From: Elsinoe ampelina
Taxonomy: Eukaryota
Reading direction: 5' to 3'
Length of the DNA stretch: 47,534 nt
Assembly (NCBI GenBank): GCA_010093995.1
Contig: ML992535.1
Coordinates: forward strand, 1-47,534
In this document: in pieces, positions 36,765 through 47,534 of the stretch
Layout of the letters: each line of letters opens with the position of its first letter
How positions within the stretch are numbered: the first letter of the stretch is position 1
The notes under the pieces: generated by a model
Database searches by the model: none
What the model was told of the DNA's origin: nothing
The model's input: the letters and a program-made list of their open reading frames with translations, nothing else
Program-made: the position numbers and the translations under genes

Positions 36765-38033
36765 TGCGCCTGGATGTCTTTAGCCTCGAAGTGCAGCCCA
36801 AGCACCGGGAGAATTGGCGGTCGAAGCGAGTGCTGTCTCGCGCAATTGGTGAGATGTGAAGGATGTCGCGCACAAAGTGAAGTCAGCTCGCCGGCGGCTG
36901 AAGTTGGACTGGGCAGCGTGTGATGCGCAAAGTGGTCTTTCTGTTTTTCTCGTCCTGCAGGCGCTGCTGAATATGTACTTATTGCCGGCAGATAAGTCCT
37001 TGTACACGCACAAACGAATGACGGATAATTTGGAGAGTAAAGGTCAATGGGTGGTGGACGGTAAAATAAAACGACTATCCTAAAGGTGGTGCGGATGCGT
37101 CATGGGCTTCATTTTTGGGACTTGGGAGAGGGAGGCTGGAGACCCAACCTCCTCGGAGTTTTTGACAACGCAGACTCTCAGCTTCGGCAGTTTGCGGACG
37201 GTCAGCACTGCTCAGAAAAGGCTTCCTTTTCTAATCATATACCCTAAAGGCGTCGAGCATATCCTTCGACCTGTCGTTCGTGTAAACATGATTGTGAGGT
37301 GACAGGCACCCTTTTTGACGCCACAACAAACATGTCCATGGTGCACTGGGCCACGAACCATAAATATCAAGGAAGATCGACTTCGAGAAGGCGGCCCGCC
37401 CCTCTGGTTTCAGGATTTTCTTGATTGATCAAACCAGTGGAGTCCCTGATGAAAAACCAGGAAGATGCCGAGAGCGTCAATCATGTGAAGCAGTGGCCAG
37501 TGCTTCAGCTGGTGTTTGACTGCGGCGCATCAACATGTGCGGCTCCAAATGCTTCATGTTTGGCGACATTTGACACATGTACTCCAACCAAGGCTCCGGC
37601 GTCTCTGTGATCGCTTGCTGCACGAATCACTGTGATGTTTCCGACACAGACGGTAGCGAAAGGCCGCGTATGCTCATCTCAGTGGCCGCTGTCGCTCGGT
37701 CGGCTTCGCATTCCGTCCCTCGCCAAGCTTACTGCGCCCCGATTTTGCCCCTCGGTCATCACGAGAACATTCGTTTCAAAGAGACTCAAATTCACATCGT
37801 TCGTGCTTGTCGTACTTTCATATCTCTCACATCTCAGTCTCCTTCACCACTTCGCACTCGACTACGAGGTGTCAGTAAGGGCATCGTCCAACTCTGATCG
37901 TCCCGTCAGCCAAGAGCCAAGGTTCATCGGCGCCACCAGGCAAGAAAGGATCCGAGTCTGACGACTTCTTCTACCCCGACCTCCCTCAACTTTTCAGTTT
38001 CTTACATCTCTGTCGCAAACCTTCAAATTCACC

Positions 38034-38387
38034 ATGGGTCAACAAAAGTACGACGCGCCCAACGATCCTCCCCCAGGATACCCATCCTACCCTCAGCAGG
38101 CCGCTCACGGCTCCGCCGCCGACTTCTACGGAGGACAAGGCGGGCAGGGTGATCCTCGCGGCAACCAAGGATACTACGGCAGCCCTCCACCACAGCAGCA
38201 GTACGGCTACCAGCAGGGTCCATACGGTCCTCCTCAAGGTCAACAGCCGATGTACTACCAGCAACAGCAAGGCCCATACCCACCTCAAGGTGGCTACCAC
38301 GGCGAGAAAAAGTCAAGTGGCGGTGGCATTTGCGCCGGTATCCTCGGAGCACTGGCCTGCTGCTGCTGTCTCGACGCTATCTTCTAA
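38034..38387 (+). CDS. CYSTM (cysteine-rich transmembrane module) protein
   Basis: P/Q/G/Y-rich N-terminus and C-terminal GICAGILGALACCCCLDAIF. Confidence 0.92.
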   Translation: MGQQKYDAPNDPPPGYPSYPQQAAHGSAADFYGGQGGQGDPRGNQGYYGSPPPQQQYGYQQGPYGPPQGQQPMYYQQQQGPYPPQGGYHGEKKSSGGGICAGILGALACCCCLDAIF

Positions 38388-38912
38388 ACCTATTGCGATA
38401 CCCAACAACAACCAATGAAGCAAGAGCGGAGAGTAGGATACCCGGACACAGCGGAGCCGCTAGCAGAGTTGGACGAGCGGCTGGCATGGCGTTCATGGGA
38501 GTCCATCATTTCTCGTTCGATCGGTCTACTCGTTTTGAAGGTCCTATAAGTGGAAGGACCTATGGTTTTCTTCATGTTCAAATATCTATTAGTCCGCGAT
38601 GCAATGACGATCTCACACCAACTCTTCTATTTCCACTGTGATACCAGGTCTATATGCTGCCATCTTCTGCAAACGTGACAGCTTGAAGTGGTGATGCGGT
38701 AGCGCGCAGCGAAAACACCCAGTCTTTATGCCAGGCAGACGTATTCGCCGTATTGGAACGATCATGCGTCAGCACCGTGGGACCTTGGACCCGTCCGCAT
38801 TGCCCGCAAATTGCTTAGTCATCACAACCTCCGCTCCAATCAACCAAAAAATCCATGTCCGCCGCGAAACCACTGAACTTTTTGACCACGATCCTGTCAG
38901 CCACGTTTCGAC

Positions 38913-40019
38913 ATGGCAGCTACAATTCCAGACACTACGGATACTCTTCGAAGTCTGCAAACAGCTCTGGAAGCAGCAACATCTGTTCTGCCAAAACCCG
39001 AATCGATTCTGCCCCCCGACAATGGAATCTCTCTGCTGGACGCAAAAAACGAAATCTTTCTTTCCTATCTGCAGTCGCTCGCTTTGAGAAATCTGGAGGT
39101 CATACGTAGTGTACAGAAATTCCTACCTGGTACGAAGGCCGCGAACGGCACTGGACAGGAAACGTCGGCAATTCAGGATGAAATTGTCGAAAATCTGGTC
39201 AAGCAGCGAGTCTATCTTGAGAAAGGTGTACGACCTCTGGAAGACAAGTTGAAGTACACCATTGATAAGACACTTCGCGCAGCCGAAGAGCGGGAACGTA
39301 AGGCGTCACAGGCGCAGACACAGAGTGGAAAAGTGATCGGCGAGAAGGGCGCAGATGAGGATTCACAGTCCGGATCCAATTCGGACTCGTCTGCTGAGGA
39401 AGAAGACGCCTTGGCTCTAAGACCGAATACATCCCGCTTCGTGTCTCGGGATAGCCAACGAGGTGATGGCGGCAGGTCTGATGTGAAGGTGCAAGAGAAC
39501 AAGACAGGGGTGTACCGACCACCACGAGTCACAGCCACATCCATGCCGGACTTTGATCGTCGCGCGCGTAGCTCACGCAAGGATCAACCCGAGCGTTCAC
39601 GTACATTGGACGAGTACGTTTCGAACGAGCTTGCGGAGGGTCCCGCTGCTCAACCCAGCATTGGTGCAAACATCGCCCAAGGTGGACGACGCCAGATCTC
39701 AGCCAGGGAACGTGAAAAGGAGCAGGAGAGGAGGGAGTACGAAGAGACCAATCTCATGCGTCTTCCCAAGGAAAGCAAGAAGGAGAGAGCGAAAAAGAGG
39801 GGCAGGGATGGGGGTTTCGGTGGTGAGGATTGGCGAGGACTTGGTGATGGGCTTGATCGGATAGATAGCCTGACCAGGGGAACGAAGAGGAAGAAGGAGA
39901 ATGCTTTGGAGAAGAGCAGGAAGAGATTGGCCATTCAGGATGGTCAGAGATCTGATGGCGTCCAAGGTGGTGGTTTGTTCGAGAAGCGGAGGAAGAGGAT
40001 GGGCAGCAAGCTGAAGTAG
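38913..40019 (+). CDS. LCP5: U3 snoRNP / SSU processome protein Lcp5 (Sas10/Utp3/C1D family, neuroguidin-like)
   Basis: GISLLDAKNEIFLSYLQSL, RVYLEKGVRPLEDKLKYTIDK, GVYRPPR and EYEETNLMRLP. Confidence 0.9.
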   Translation: MAATIPDTTDTLRSLQTALEAATSVLPKPESILPPDNGISLLDAKNEIFLSYLQSLALRNLEVIRSVQKFLPGTKAANGTGQETSAIQDEIVENLVKQRVYLEKGVRPLEDKLKYTIDKTLRAAEERERKASQAQTQSGKVIGEKGADEDSQSGSNSDSSAEEEDALALRPNTSRFVSRDSQRGDGGRSDVKVQENKTGVYRPPRVTATSMPDFDRRARSSRKDQPERSRTLDEYVSNELAEGPAAQPSIGANIAQGGRRQISAREREKEQERREYEETNLMRLPKESKKERAKKRGRDGGFGGEDWRGLGDGLDRIDSLTRGTKRKKENALEKSRKRLAIQDGQRSDGVQGGGLFEKRRKRMGSKLK

Positions 40020-40358
40020 ATACGTTCCAGTAGCTGCTCCTCCATTGATGAATCATCTGGCTTTGCACGGTCCGTTATGGTGCACTTGAGTGACCACCCG
40101 ACATGGTGCATGCCCCGCGTTTTGTTAAACCCAAGCACGACAGATCTCGCGTTGCGGGGCCTTTTTGCCCCGACGTCACTCCCGGAAGCTCACCGTCACT
40201 CAGGCACCGAGCTCCTTCGAAACACAGACGGTTCAAAAATCATCTTCACGACATTCTCACATCAGAAATTTTCCTCTGCCATCTCTCCGACATTCACGTC
40301 TCTTCTTACATCTTCACATTTCCACCAACTCCCAGACACCCATTCAAACACACCCACC

Positions 40359-42807
40359 ATGCCCTGCCCTCACATCCCCCCCAACCTCCAACCCCCCTCC
40401 CCCTCCACCCCCGTCTACCGCGAAGACTGCACCCTCTGCTTCGACAGCATCGACAGCCCCTCGGGGCTCTCCGTCTGCCTGACCTGCTTCAACGGCGGCT
40501 GCACCTCCACGCGGGCCCACGCCGCCCTGCACGCAAACGCAACCTCACACCCCCTCGCGGTCAACATAAGACGCACCCGCAAGCGGAAAACCCGCGACGA
40601 GCCCCCTCAAAAGATCAGCAGGCTCGCCATCGCGGCCGAGACGGAGGAGGATGTGTACGACACCAAGACGGAGGTGAGGTGTTTCCTTTGCGATCCACGG
40701 GGGGGAGACGCGGTGGAGTTGGGCGAGGAGGAGGAGAGAGTGGAGAAGGTTGTGCAGGGGGTTATGAAGGCGAATACGGCGGCGAGGCAGGAGGAGGTCA
40801 AGGCGTGGGAGCAGGAGATGGTGCCGTGTGAGCATACGCTGTGTTTGGAGCAGGAGCAGGGGAGGAAGATTGAGGGTGGGGATCTGGGGCATTGTAGTGC
40901 TTGTGAGCTGAAGGAGAATCTGTGGTTGTGTTTGACGTGTGGGAATCTGGGGTGTGGGAGGGCGCAGTTTGGTGGGGTGGGAGGGAATAGTCATGGGTTG
41001 GCGCATACGGATACGTCGGGGCATCCCGTTGCGGTGAAACTAGGGAGCTTGACGGCAGATGGAGCCGCGGATATCTACTGCTATAAGTGTAATGAGGAGA
41101 GGACGGATCCGGAGCTGGTTGCGCATCTGGCGAATTGGGGCATCGATTTGGCCGGGAGGACGAAGACGGAGAAGAGTTTGACGGAACAACAGATCGAGCA
41201 GAACCTGAAGTGGGAGTTCAGCATGACGGATCGGGATGGAAGGGAGTTGAAGCCGTTGTTTGGGGAAGGGTTGACGGGGCTGAAGAATTTGGGCAACAGC
41301 TGCTACCTGGCCAGTATTGTGCAGAGCTTGTTCGCGATGAAAGAGTTCCAGGACAGGTATTACAGGCCAGGAGATGAGGTCAAGTGGACCGATCGCCCTG
41401 CCGAAGACCTGGAGATTCAGCTGAGGAAGATGGCGGATGGGCTATTGAGCGGACGATACAGCAAACCAGATTCAGATGTTGTGGCAAGCGAGGACTCTCC
41501 GGAGAAGCCACATCAGAAGGGTCTTGCGCCGGCTATGCTAAAACATCTGGTTGGGCGAGGTCACGAAGAGTTCTCGACAATGCGCCAGCAAGATGCCTTT
41601 GAGTTCCTGCTTCATCTGCTCAAGCTGGTATCTCGATCACAAGCTACGGCAAAGACCGTGTACCAGGACATCACGGATCCTGTAGATGCCTTTCGCTTTG
41701 TCATGGAGCAACGTCTACAATGTTTGTCCTGCAAAAAGGTCCGGTATCGTCAGGACGAGATGGAAAACATTTCGGTGGCAGTCCCTATCAAGCGTCTTCC
41801 GAAGGACACCGACATGACCAACGGCAGCGAAGCCGAGAGCGTAGGGAAGGAAAAGGAAGCATTCGAGCCCGTCACGTTATCACAATGTCTGGCAGACTTC
41901 ACCGCCCCCGAAGTCGTCGAACTCACCTGCCCATCCTGCTCAGCCAAACAATTCACCAAACAATCCCTTTTCCGCACTTTCCCCACCATCCTCGCCGTCA
42001 ACGCCCGCCGCTTCGAGATCGTCAACTGGGTACCCACAAAACAAGACGTCCCCGTCATCGTGGAAGACGCCGCCCTCGACCTCTCTCCGTACCGTTCAAA
42101 AGGACACCAGTCCTCCGAAGAACTCCTTCCTGAAGACGCCGACGTCGGTGGTACCTCCTCCAACGCCTTCGTCCCCAACCCTGAAGCCATCGGCATACTC
42201 GAAGCAATGGGCTTCCCGCGCGTACGATGCGAGAAAGCCCTCCACGCTACAGGCAACTCCGACGCCGAAGCCGCCACCACCTGGCTCTTCTCGCACATGG
42301 AAGACCCAGACATCGACGTCCCTCTAGATTTGGGCGGCGGTGGTGGTGGCGCGGCAAGCAGCGTCGCGGATCCGGAGAAGATCGAGTCGCTGGGCATGAT
42401 GGGTTTCGGGGCTCCGCAGGCGAGACAGGCGCTGAAGGAGACAGGAGGGGATATGGAGCGGGCGGTGGATTGGTTGTTCAGCCATCCTGATGCGCAGGGG
42501 GTGGATGAGAGTGAGGTTCTGGAAGGGGCAGGGGAGGGGAAGAAGGAGGTGCCGCTCGATGAGGGGGAGGCGGGGTTTGCGTTGCAGAGTATTGTGTGTC
42601 ATAAGGGGGGGAGTATTCATGCTGGGTAAGTGGGACCGATATCATGGTAGGGGGCGTGGGCTGACATTGATTAGGCATTATGTGGCGTTCATCAAGAAGG
42701 AACCTGGATGGGTGTTGTTCAATGATGAGAAGGTGGCGTTGGGTGGGGATGTGGAGGAGATGAAGAAGTTTGCTTATGTGTACTTCTTCAGGAGGGAGGG
42801 GAAGTAG
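40359..42807 (+). CDS. UBP14: Ubiquitin C-terminal hydrolase Ubp14 (USP5/isopeptidase T)
   Basis: VYREDCTLCFD, ZnF-UBP (NLWLCLTCGNLGCGR), Cys box GLKNLGNSCYL, two UBA domains, and His box SIHAG|HYVAF across intron 42626-42674. Confidence 0.96.
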
Positions 42808-43373
42808 AAGGTACGGGTGGTGCATGGGGGAGAGGAGTGCTGGAGTTGCATTGCGAGGAGTGGTGCTGTTAGCGATGGCGTTGAGGCCAGATATGGGGCA
42901 AAACTTGTCGGCACTGTTTGTATGGCTGGGGTTGTGGCTAGGTCGCAGCAGGGGATGTTCCTAAGGAGAACGTGGGAGTAGGTCCGCATTCCCAATGACT
43001 GGAATGGTGGGCTTCGTCTGTTATATAGCTTATGCAATGCCGAAGAAGCGGTAGTCTGGAGCGACGAGGCTGCTAAGCTGTAAAAATACTTTCTACAGCC
43101 ATATAAATCATGGTGTCTCAATTCTCGATGAAAGTCCATGGTGATTTCCCGCGTGGCTGGTCTAATCGACGCTATGCCAAAGACTTGTCCCGATTCGGTC
43201 GTGACATGCAGCTAGGGACGCCTCTCCATGTAACCTGATCTCGAATTTCAGCTGACATATCAGTCTCCTCCTTTCACACGATCGATTTGTCGCTCAGCTT
43301 GTACCGCTCCTCGATATCTCGGTACGCATTCGCGCTGCCATACTCGGACTGTGCACGATGCATCTCAGTAACG

Positions 43374-46184
43374 ATGCGGTCGGCGCTGACAGCGGCAGAC
43401 ATTTCGGTGGTGTGGATGTGTGCATTGCCAATCGAGTTCACCGCTGCCAGAATGATGCTCGATGAGGAATACAACATCACTTTACCACTACCCGACGCCA
43501 AATTGATATGCACATACGGTCGCATCGGCAACCAGTACGTTGCTTTATCATGCCTTCCAGCAGGCTCTACTGGTATCAGCTCAGCGACTACTCTGGCCAA
43601 TCGATTGTCTAGTTGCTTTCCTGGGGAGAAACTCGGTGTCTTCGTTGGAGTCAGCGGTGGAAGTCCTACCTCGCAGCCATTTCTCAGGCTCGGTGACGTA
43701 GTGGTCAGTAAACCGGGCAATTCCAAAGGAGCTGTCATTCAGTACGACAGTGGCCGAATGGGGCCTCGCGGCGAGCTCGAGCTCACTGGAACATCGGATC
43801 GACCACCGGAGGTCCTCCTGAGCGCTTTGAACCATCTTATCAGCGACTTGGATATGAATCGCCTGGTTTGGAGAGATCACTTGCGGGCATTCAACGACTT
43901 GCCCAAATTCAGGCGGCCCCCAGCCTCGAGCGATCTTCTGTTCCCACCCGACTACGAGCATGTAGGTGGCAAAGAATGTGAGCTATGCGACCCTTCGAAG
44001 ATCATGTCCCGGCAGTTCCGTGCGGATCCATCTGCTGCCAATGTTTTCACAGGCACAATCGCTTCGGGAGGCTGGGTCATCAAAGACGGACTTGCTCGAG
44101 ATCGAGTTGACAAGCAGCTGAAAGGTGTCGTCTGTTTTGAAATGGAAGCTGCTGGAGTAATGAATTCCTTGCCGTCCCTGGTCGTTCGAGGAATTAGCGA
44201 CTACGCCGATTCACACAAGCACCAGAGCAAGCTATGGCAACCTTATGCCGCCGCGACTGCAGCTGCGTGCACGAAGGAGATTCTGCTGAAGGTGCCCTCC
44301 CGATCATCTCTAGAGATGTTGCAGCCTGACCCTTCATCCTTCTTTTCAACCATGCTGGTAGAAGAACCTCACACATCCTCGCTCTTAATGGATACTGCGA
44401 TATCCTCGCAAGTGCCGGACCACTCACAGAGGCGCTCGCCTCGCCGCCCACTTCGTAAAATATCAACTAGCCATATCAATGTTCCATATCCTCGCAATGT
44501 TACATTTTCTGGACGAGAAGTCGAGCTTGCACAGATGGCCATGGCCTTTGGACCTCATAATCAGAGTCGAAGGATCGCACTTTATGGGCTGGGCGGCATT
44601 GGCAAATCTGCTTGCGCTCTTGAATATGCCTATCGTCAAGCTTTAAGGGACAATATTCCGGTCTTTTGGGTCTCAGCTGTCGATGTCGAGAGTCTTGATC
44701 GATCTTTACAGGATATAGCAGCACAGCTCGATTGTCAGCCAAGGACTGGTCGCTCAGTCGATAGATCAGTGATCAGAGCTCGCCTATGTGACGGTAGCAC
44801 TGGTCGCTTTCTGATAGTGGTAGACAATGCCGATGATGAGGATTTCTTGTCGCAGAACCTTCTCCAGTTCTTGCCCGAGCACCCAGATGCTCAGATTCTG
44901 TTCACAACACGGAGTCGCAAGATTGCCAATGGGTATTCAACGGAACCCATCGAACTGTTGGAACTTAGTCCGACAGCTGCATTAGACCTGGCAAGCAAGC
45001 ATCTGTCGACCGAGCGCTCTCAACCAAAATCAAGCAGCATGTCAAAATTTCTCGATAAGATGGGATGCATTACATTGGCACTAGTGCAAGCTTGCGCATA
45101 TATTAGAAACACAAAGTGGAGCGTGGATGACTACATGGCGTTGTTCGAGTCGAATGAAGAAGAAGCGGCTGAGCTTTTGTCACAAGCATATACTGCTACT
45201 GACCGCCATATGCCAGCACAAAACGCCATCTCGACCACATGGCAAGTCTCATTCAAATACTTCAAGCAGTACCGTCCGGTAGCTGCTGAACATCTTGCCT
45301 TTCTCGCATGCATATCGCCCCAGGCTATCCCCATCACAATCTTTCCTGGCAGCAGGCTTACGAAAATCTTGTCTGCCATGACAACTTTGGAGGATTACGG
45401 ATTCCTCAAACAACGCAGCAAGCCTGTCGCGATTCAGCATAGGTTGTACGACATGCACCCGTTAGTGCATAGTGTGGCCGGCGAATGGCTACGACTCGAG
45501 GGTCGCTGGCAGGCTCAAGCAGTTGCAGCAGGTACACATCTTTTAGGACTTCTACCCAACCCACCAAGTCGTGAGGGTCTGGAGGTATGGCCTAGGTACG
45601 TCGGACATGCTACTCACGTAGCAGGGCTCTCGGTGTTCCCATCTGCAAGCAAGGCAGTCCTGCTTACGCGAATCGCACATTGCCAGGAATACCTAGCCAA
45701 CTACCGAGCTGCCGCAGCGACATATCGAGCACTCTTGGATGTGCAAATTGAGTTACATGGTCTGACTACGACTTATGTTGCTACTCAGAAAGTCCTCGGG
45801 GAGGTCTTGCAAACGCTCAAGGAGACTTCAGAAGCGGTCGCGACATTTCAAGACCTAGAGAAGAATACAGCGACGCTGTTCGGCCGTAATAGTGCTGCCT
45901 GCCACGAAGCATCGATCCTTCTCGCGGTAGCGGTGAATGAATGGAGGAGGACAGGGAATGCAGAGAGCCTCACAGATGGGCTCGAGCAAGTGCAGCTTCA
46001 ATCTGGAAAGATCGACTCCGAGCATGACTCGCATCGCCTAGTGAACATTGTTTCAAGTTGGGCTGATACACCGCGGCCGGTAAATACATTGGCGTCAGCC
46101 GAGGAGCATCATCGGCGTATCCTCACGGCCATAGAGAAATTGCGCCGTGGGACTGCCTCACCTCCTGAGGCTCCCGGTTTTTAA
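43374..46184 (+). CDS. Fungal NLR-like protein: PNP_UDP_1 nucleoside phosphorylase + NB-ARC + degenerate TPR-like helical C-terminus
   Basis: PNP motifs WMCALPIEFTAARMMLDE, RLGDVVVS, CFEMEAAG and RGISDYADSHK. NB-ARC motifs FSGREVEL, Walker A GLGGIGKS, Walker B FLIVVDNADD, ILFTTRS and MHPLV. Intronless. Confidence 0.9.
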   Translation: MRSALTAADISVVWMCALPIEFTAARMMLDEEYNITLPLPDAKLICTYGRIGNQYVALSCLPAGSTGISSATTLANRLSSCFPGEKLGVFVGVSGGSPTSQPFLRLGDVVVSKPGNSKGAVIQYDSGRMGPRGELELTGTSDRPPEVLLSALNHLISDLDMNRLVWRDHLRAFNDLPKFRRPPASSDLLFPPDYEHVGGKECELCDPSKIMSRQFRADPSAANVFTGTIASGGWVIKDGLARDRVDKQLKGVVCFEMEAAGVMNSLPSLVVRGISDYADSHKHQSKLWQPYAAATAAACTKEILLKVPSRSSLEMLQPDPSSFFSTMLVEEPHTSSLLMDTAISSQVPDHSQRRSPRRPLRKISTSHINVPYPRNVTFSGREVELAQMAMAFGPHNQSRRIALYGLGGIGKSACALEYAYRQALRDNIPVFWVSAVDVESLDRSLQDIAAQLDCQPRTGRSVDRSVIRARLCDGSTGRFLIVVDNADDEDFLSQNLLQFLPEHPDAQILFTTRSRKIANGYSTEPIELLELSPTAALDLASKHLSTERSQPKSSSMSKFLDKMGCITLALVQACAYIRNTKWSVDDYMALFESNEEEAAELLSQAYTATDRHMPAQNAISTTWQVSFKYFKQYRPVAAEHLAFLACISPQAIPITIFPGSRLTKILSAMTTLEDYGFLKQRSKPVAIQHRLYDMHPLVHSVAGEWLRLEGRWQAQAVAAGTHLLGLLPNPPSREGLEVWPRYVGHATHVAGLSVFPSASKAVLLTRIAHCQEYLANYRAAAATYRALLDVQIELHGLTTTYVATQKVLGEVLQTLKETSEAVATFQDLEKNTATLFGRNSAACHEASILLAVAVNEWRRTGNAESLTDGLEQVQLQSGKIDSEHDSHRLVNIVSSWADTPRPVNTLASAEEHHRRILTAIEKLRRGTASPPEAPGF

Positions 46185-46722
46185 AGGATGATAGGACACG
46201 ACCGGTACTGTGGGAGAAACACTTAGGCACCCAGCGAATTCTCGAACAGTGCATATTGAGCTTGATCTCTGTAACATTCACGGTATAGACCCCTGCCTGT
46301 AGACAGGATCAGTTGGAACAAGTACATAAACAATTGGACTATACAGATATTTCGAAGTCTGCGTTCCTTTGTCCCTCGCATCAACCACCCACAGCCAGAT
46401 ACAGATTCGTCGACTACACTTCGCCGTCCTATTCGTTGTACAAGGCAACAGCTTCTCCACATGCCTTGAGTGTGTGACCCGCCCCTTGTATCATGCCAAC
46501 GACGATCACCACACGGCCACAATATCTCAACGAATCATTGGTCGATCAGGAGCAGATTCATACGATTGTCAGTGTACAGTCTATCTGCCCTTCTTGTTAA
46601 TCGGGTGTCTGGACCGTGGTACAGTACGGTATTGATGAATCGAAATAACCTCGCCACTCATCTATACATAAAAAGCAGATCAACCGCCCTCGCCATCCTC
46701 CCCTCTTCCCCCCGAATCTAGA

Positions 46723-47499
46723 TCAACCACTCGCTGCAAAATACAAATTCATCAACGACGGCCCACCACAATACTCATACTTATTCCCAGCACACGGCAT
46801 CAGCTTCTCCAACGGACACGTCACCGCCGCGAAACCCGTCCCCGTCTTCGGCTGAGCACCCGCATAACACTCCCTCCCATACTCAACACTGCGAAAAACG
46901 TCAGCAAACACTCCCTCTCCGATCTCAACAGTCATCGACTTACCCAAAGTACTTGAACCCCTTACTCCTCGCAAACTCCGCACACACATCCACCGTCATA
47001 TCCCCGCCAGTCAACCTCGCCCCATCCAACGCCCTCCCCGTCCCAGCATCCGTATAGCACTGCTTCGAGACAAACCCACCACTGCTCTGCTTCACCTCGA
47101 CAGGGACATACCCGGGGTTCTCCCAGACATTAATCGTGCCCGACCCCCCGCAGACCTGGGAAAACTCCCCGTTGCACCGGTAGTTGCACGCGCTGAACAG
47201 TGGCGAGGTCAAGGTGTCCAGCACTTTGATGCCGGACCCGGAGCCGAGGACGTTGCTGCAGAAACACTGCCCCGCGAACTCGGTGCCGTAGTATTTGTAG
47301 TCTTTGCAGTAGGCGAGGCATTTGTCCACGCTCATTTGTTGCGAGGTGGTGCTGATGCCGCCGAGGACGCGGACGCCGCGGCCTTCGGCGTAGCAGCCCA
47401 GGTAGTTGGGGTTGTAGGGGGCGGGGGGGACGGTGAGTTGGTAGACGGAGTTGGTGATGTCGTTGGTCGGGATGAAGGCGGGGTCGGTGTTGTTGTAGA
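46723..47499 (-). CDS. Multi-WSC-domain (carbohydrate-binding) protein, 3' part only
   Basis: Two WSC repeats (YLGCYAE...MSVDKCLAYC..YKYYGTEFAGQCFC...CGG and CYTD...KYFG|VEYGRECY...CGG). Intron 46889-46943. An upstream intron acceptor at 47500 means the gene runs off the window end. Confidence 0.9.
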
Positions 47500-47534
47500 C
47501 TGGAAGGGGTTAGTGGAAGATGGAAAAGCGGGGG

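Overview
Eukaryotic, gene-dense genomic DNA from a filamentous ascomycete (Pezizomycotina). The ~45-55 nt GT-AG introns with CTRAC/CTAAT branch sites support this; a finer taxonomic call is not possible from the window alone. About 19 protein-coding loci can be built by hand. Conserved housekeeping genes include a NIPA Mg2+ transporter, the SAGA subunits Ada1/Hfi1 and Spt3, Vac7, Swe1/Wee1, a flavin reductase-like protein, a FUSC/ArAE transporter, Sec18/NSF, Dph5, a CYSTM protein, Lcp5 and Ubp14, plus a partial WSC protein. There are two accessory-looking parts. (i) A ~30.1-36 kb island holds a decayed gene, an 85-bp-period duplication with one-directional transitions, a 164-bp Fot1/pogo-type MITE (48-bp TIRs, TA target duplication), a 90-aa 10-Cys secreted protein and a 2OG-Fe(II) oxygenase. 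(ii) An intronless fungal NLR (PNP_UDP-NB-ARC-TPR-like) lies at 43.4-46.2 kb. Unexplained structure includes about 8 recurrent C-rich-then-G-rich strand-skew units that ignore gene orientation, a CTGGTAGT motif cluster flanking SEC18, a candidate 9-nt microexon in the long SPT3 intron, a stop-free 240-nt candidate intron in SWE1, and a GC-AG intron. No rRNA, tRNA or CRISPR was recognised. All gene names come from recalled motif and family knowledge, not database searches.
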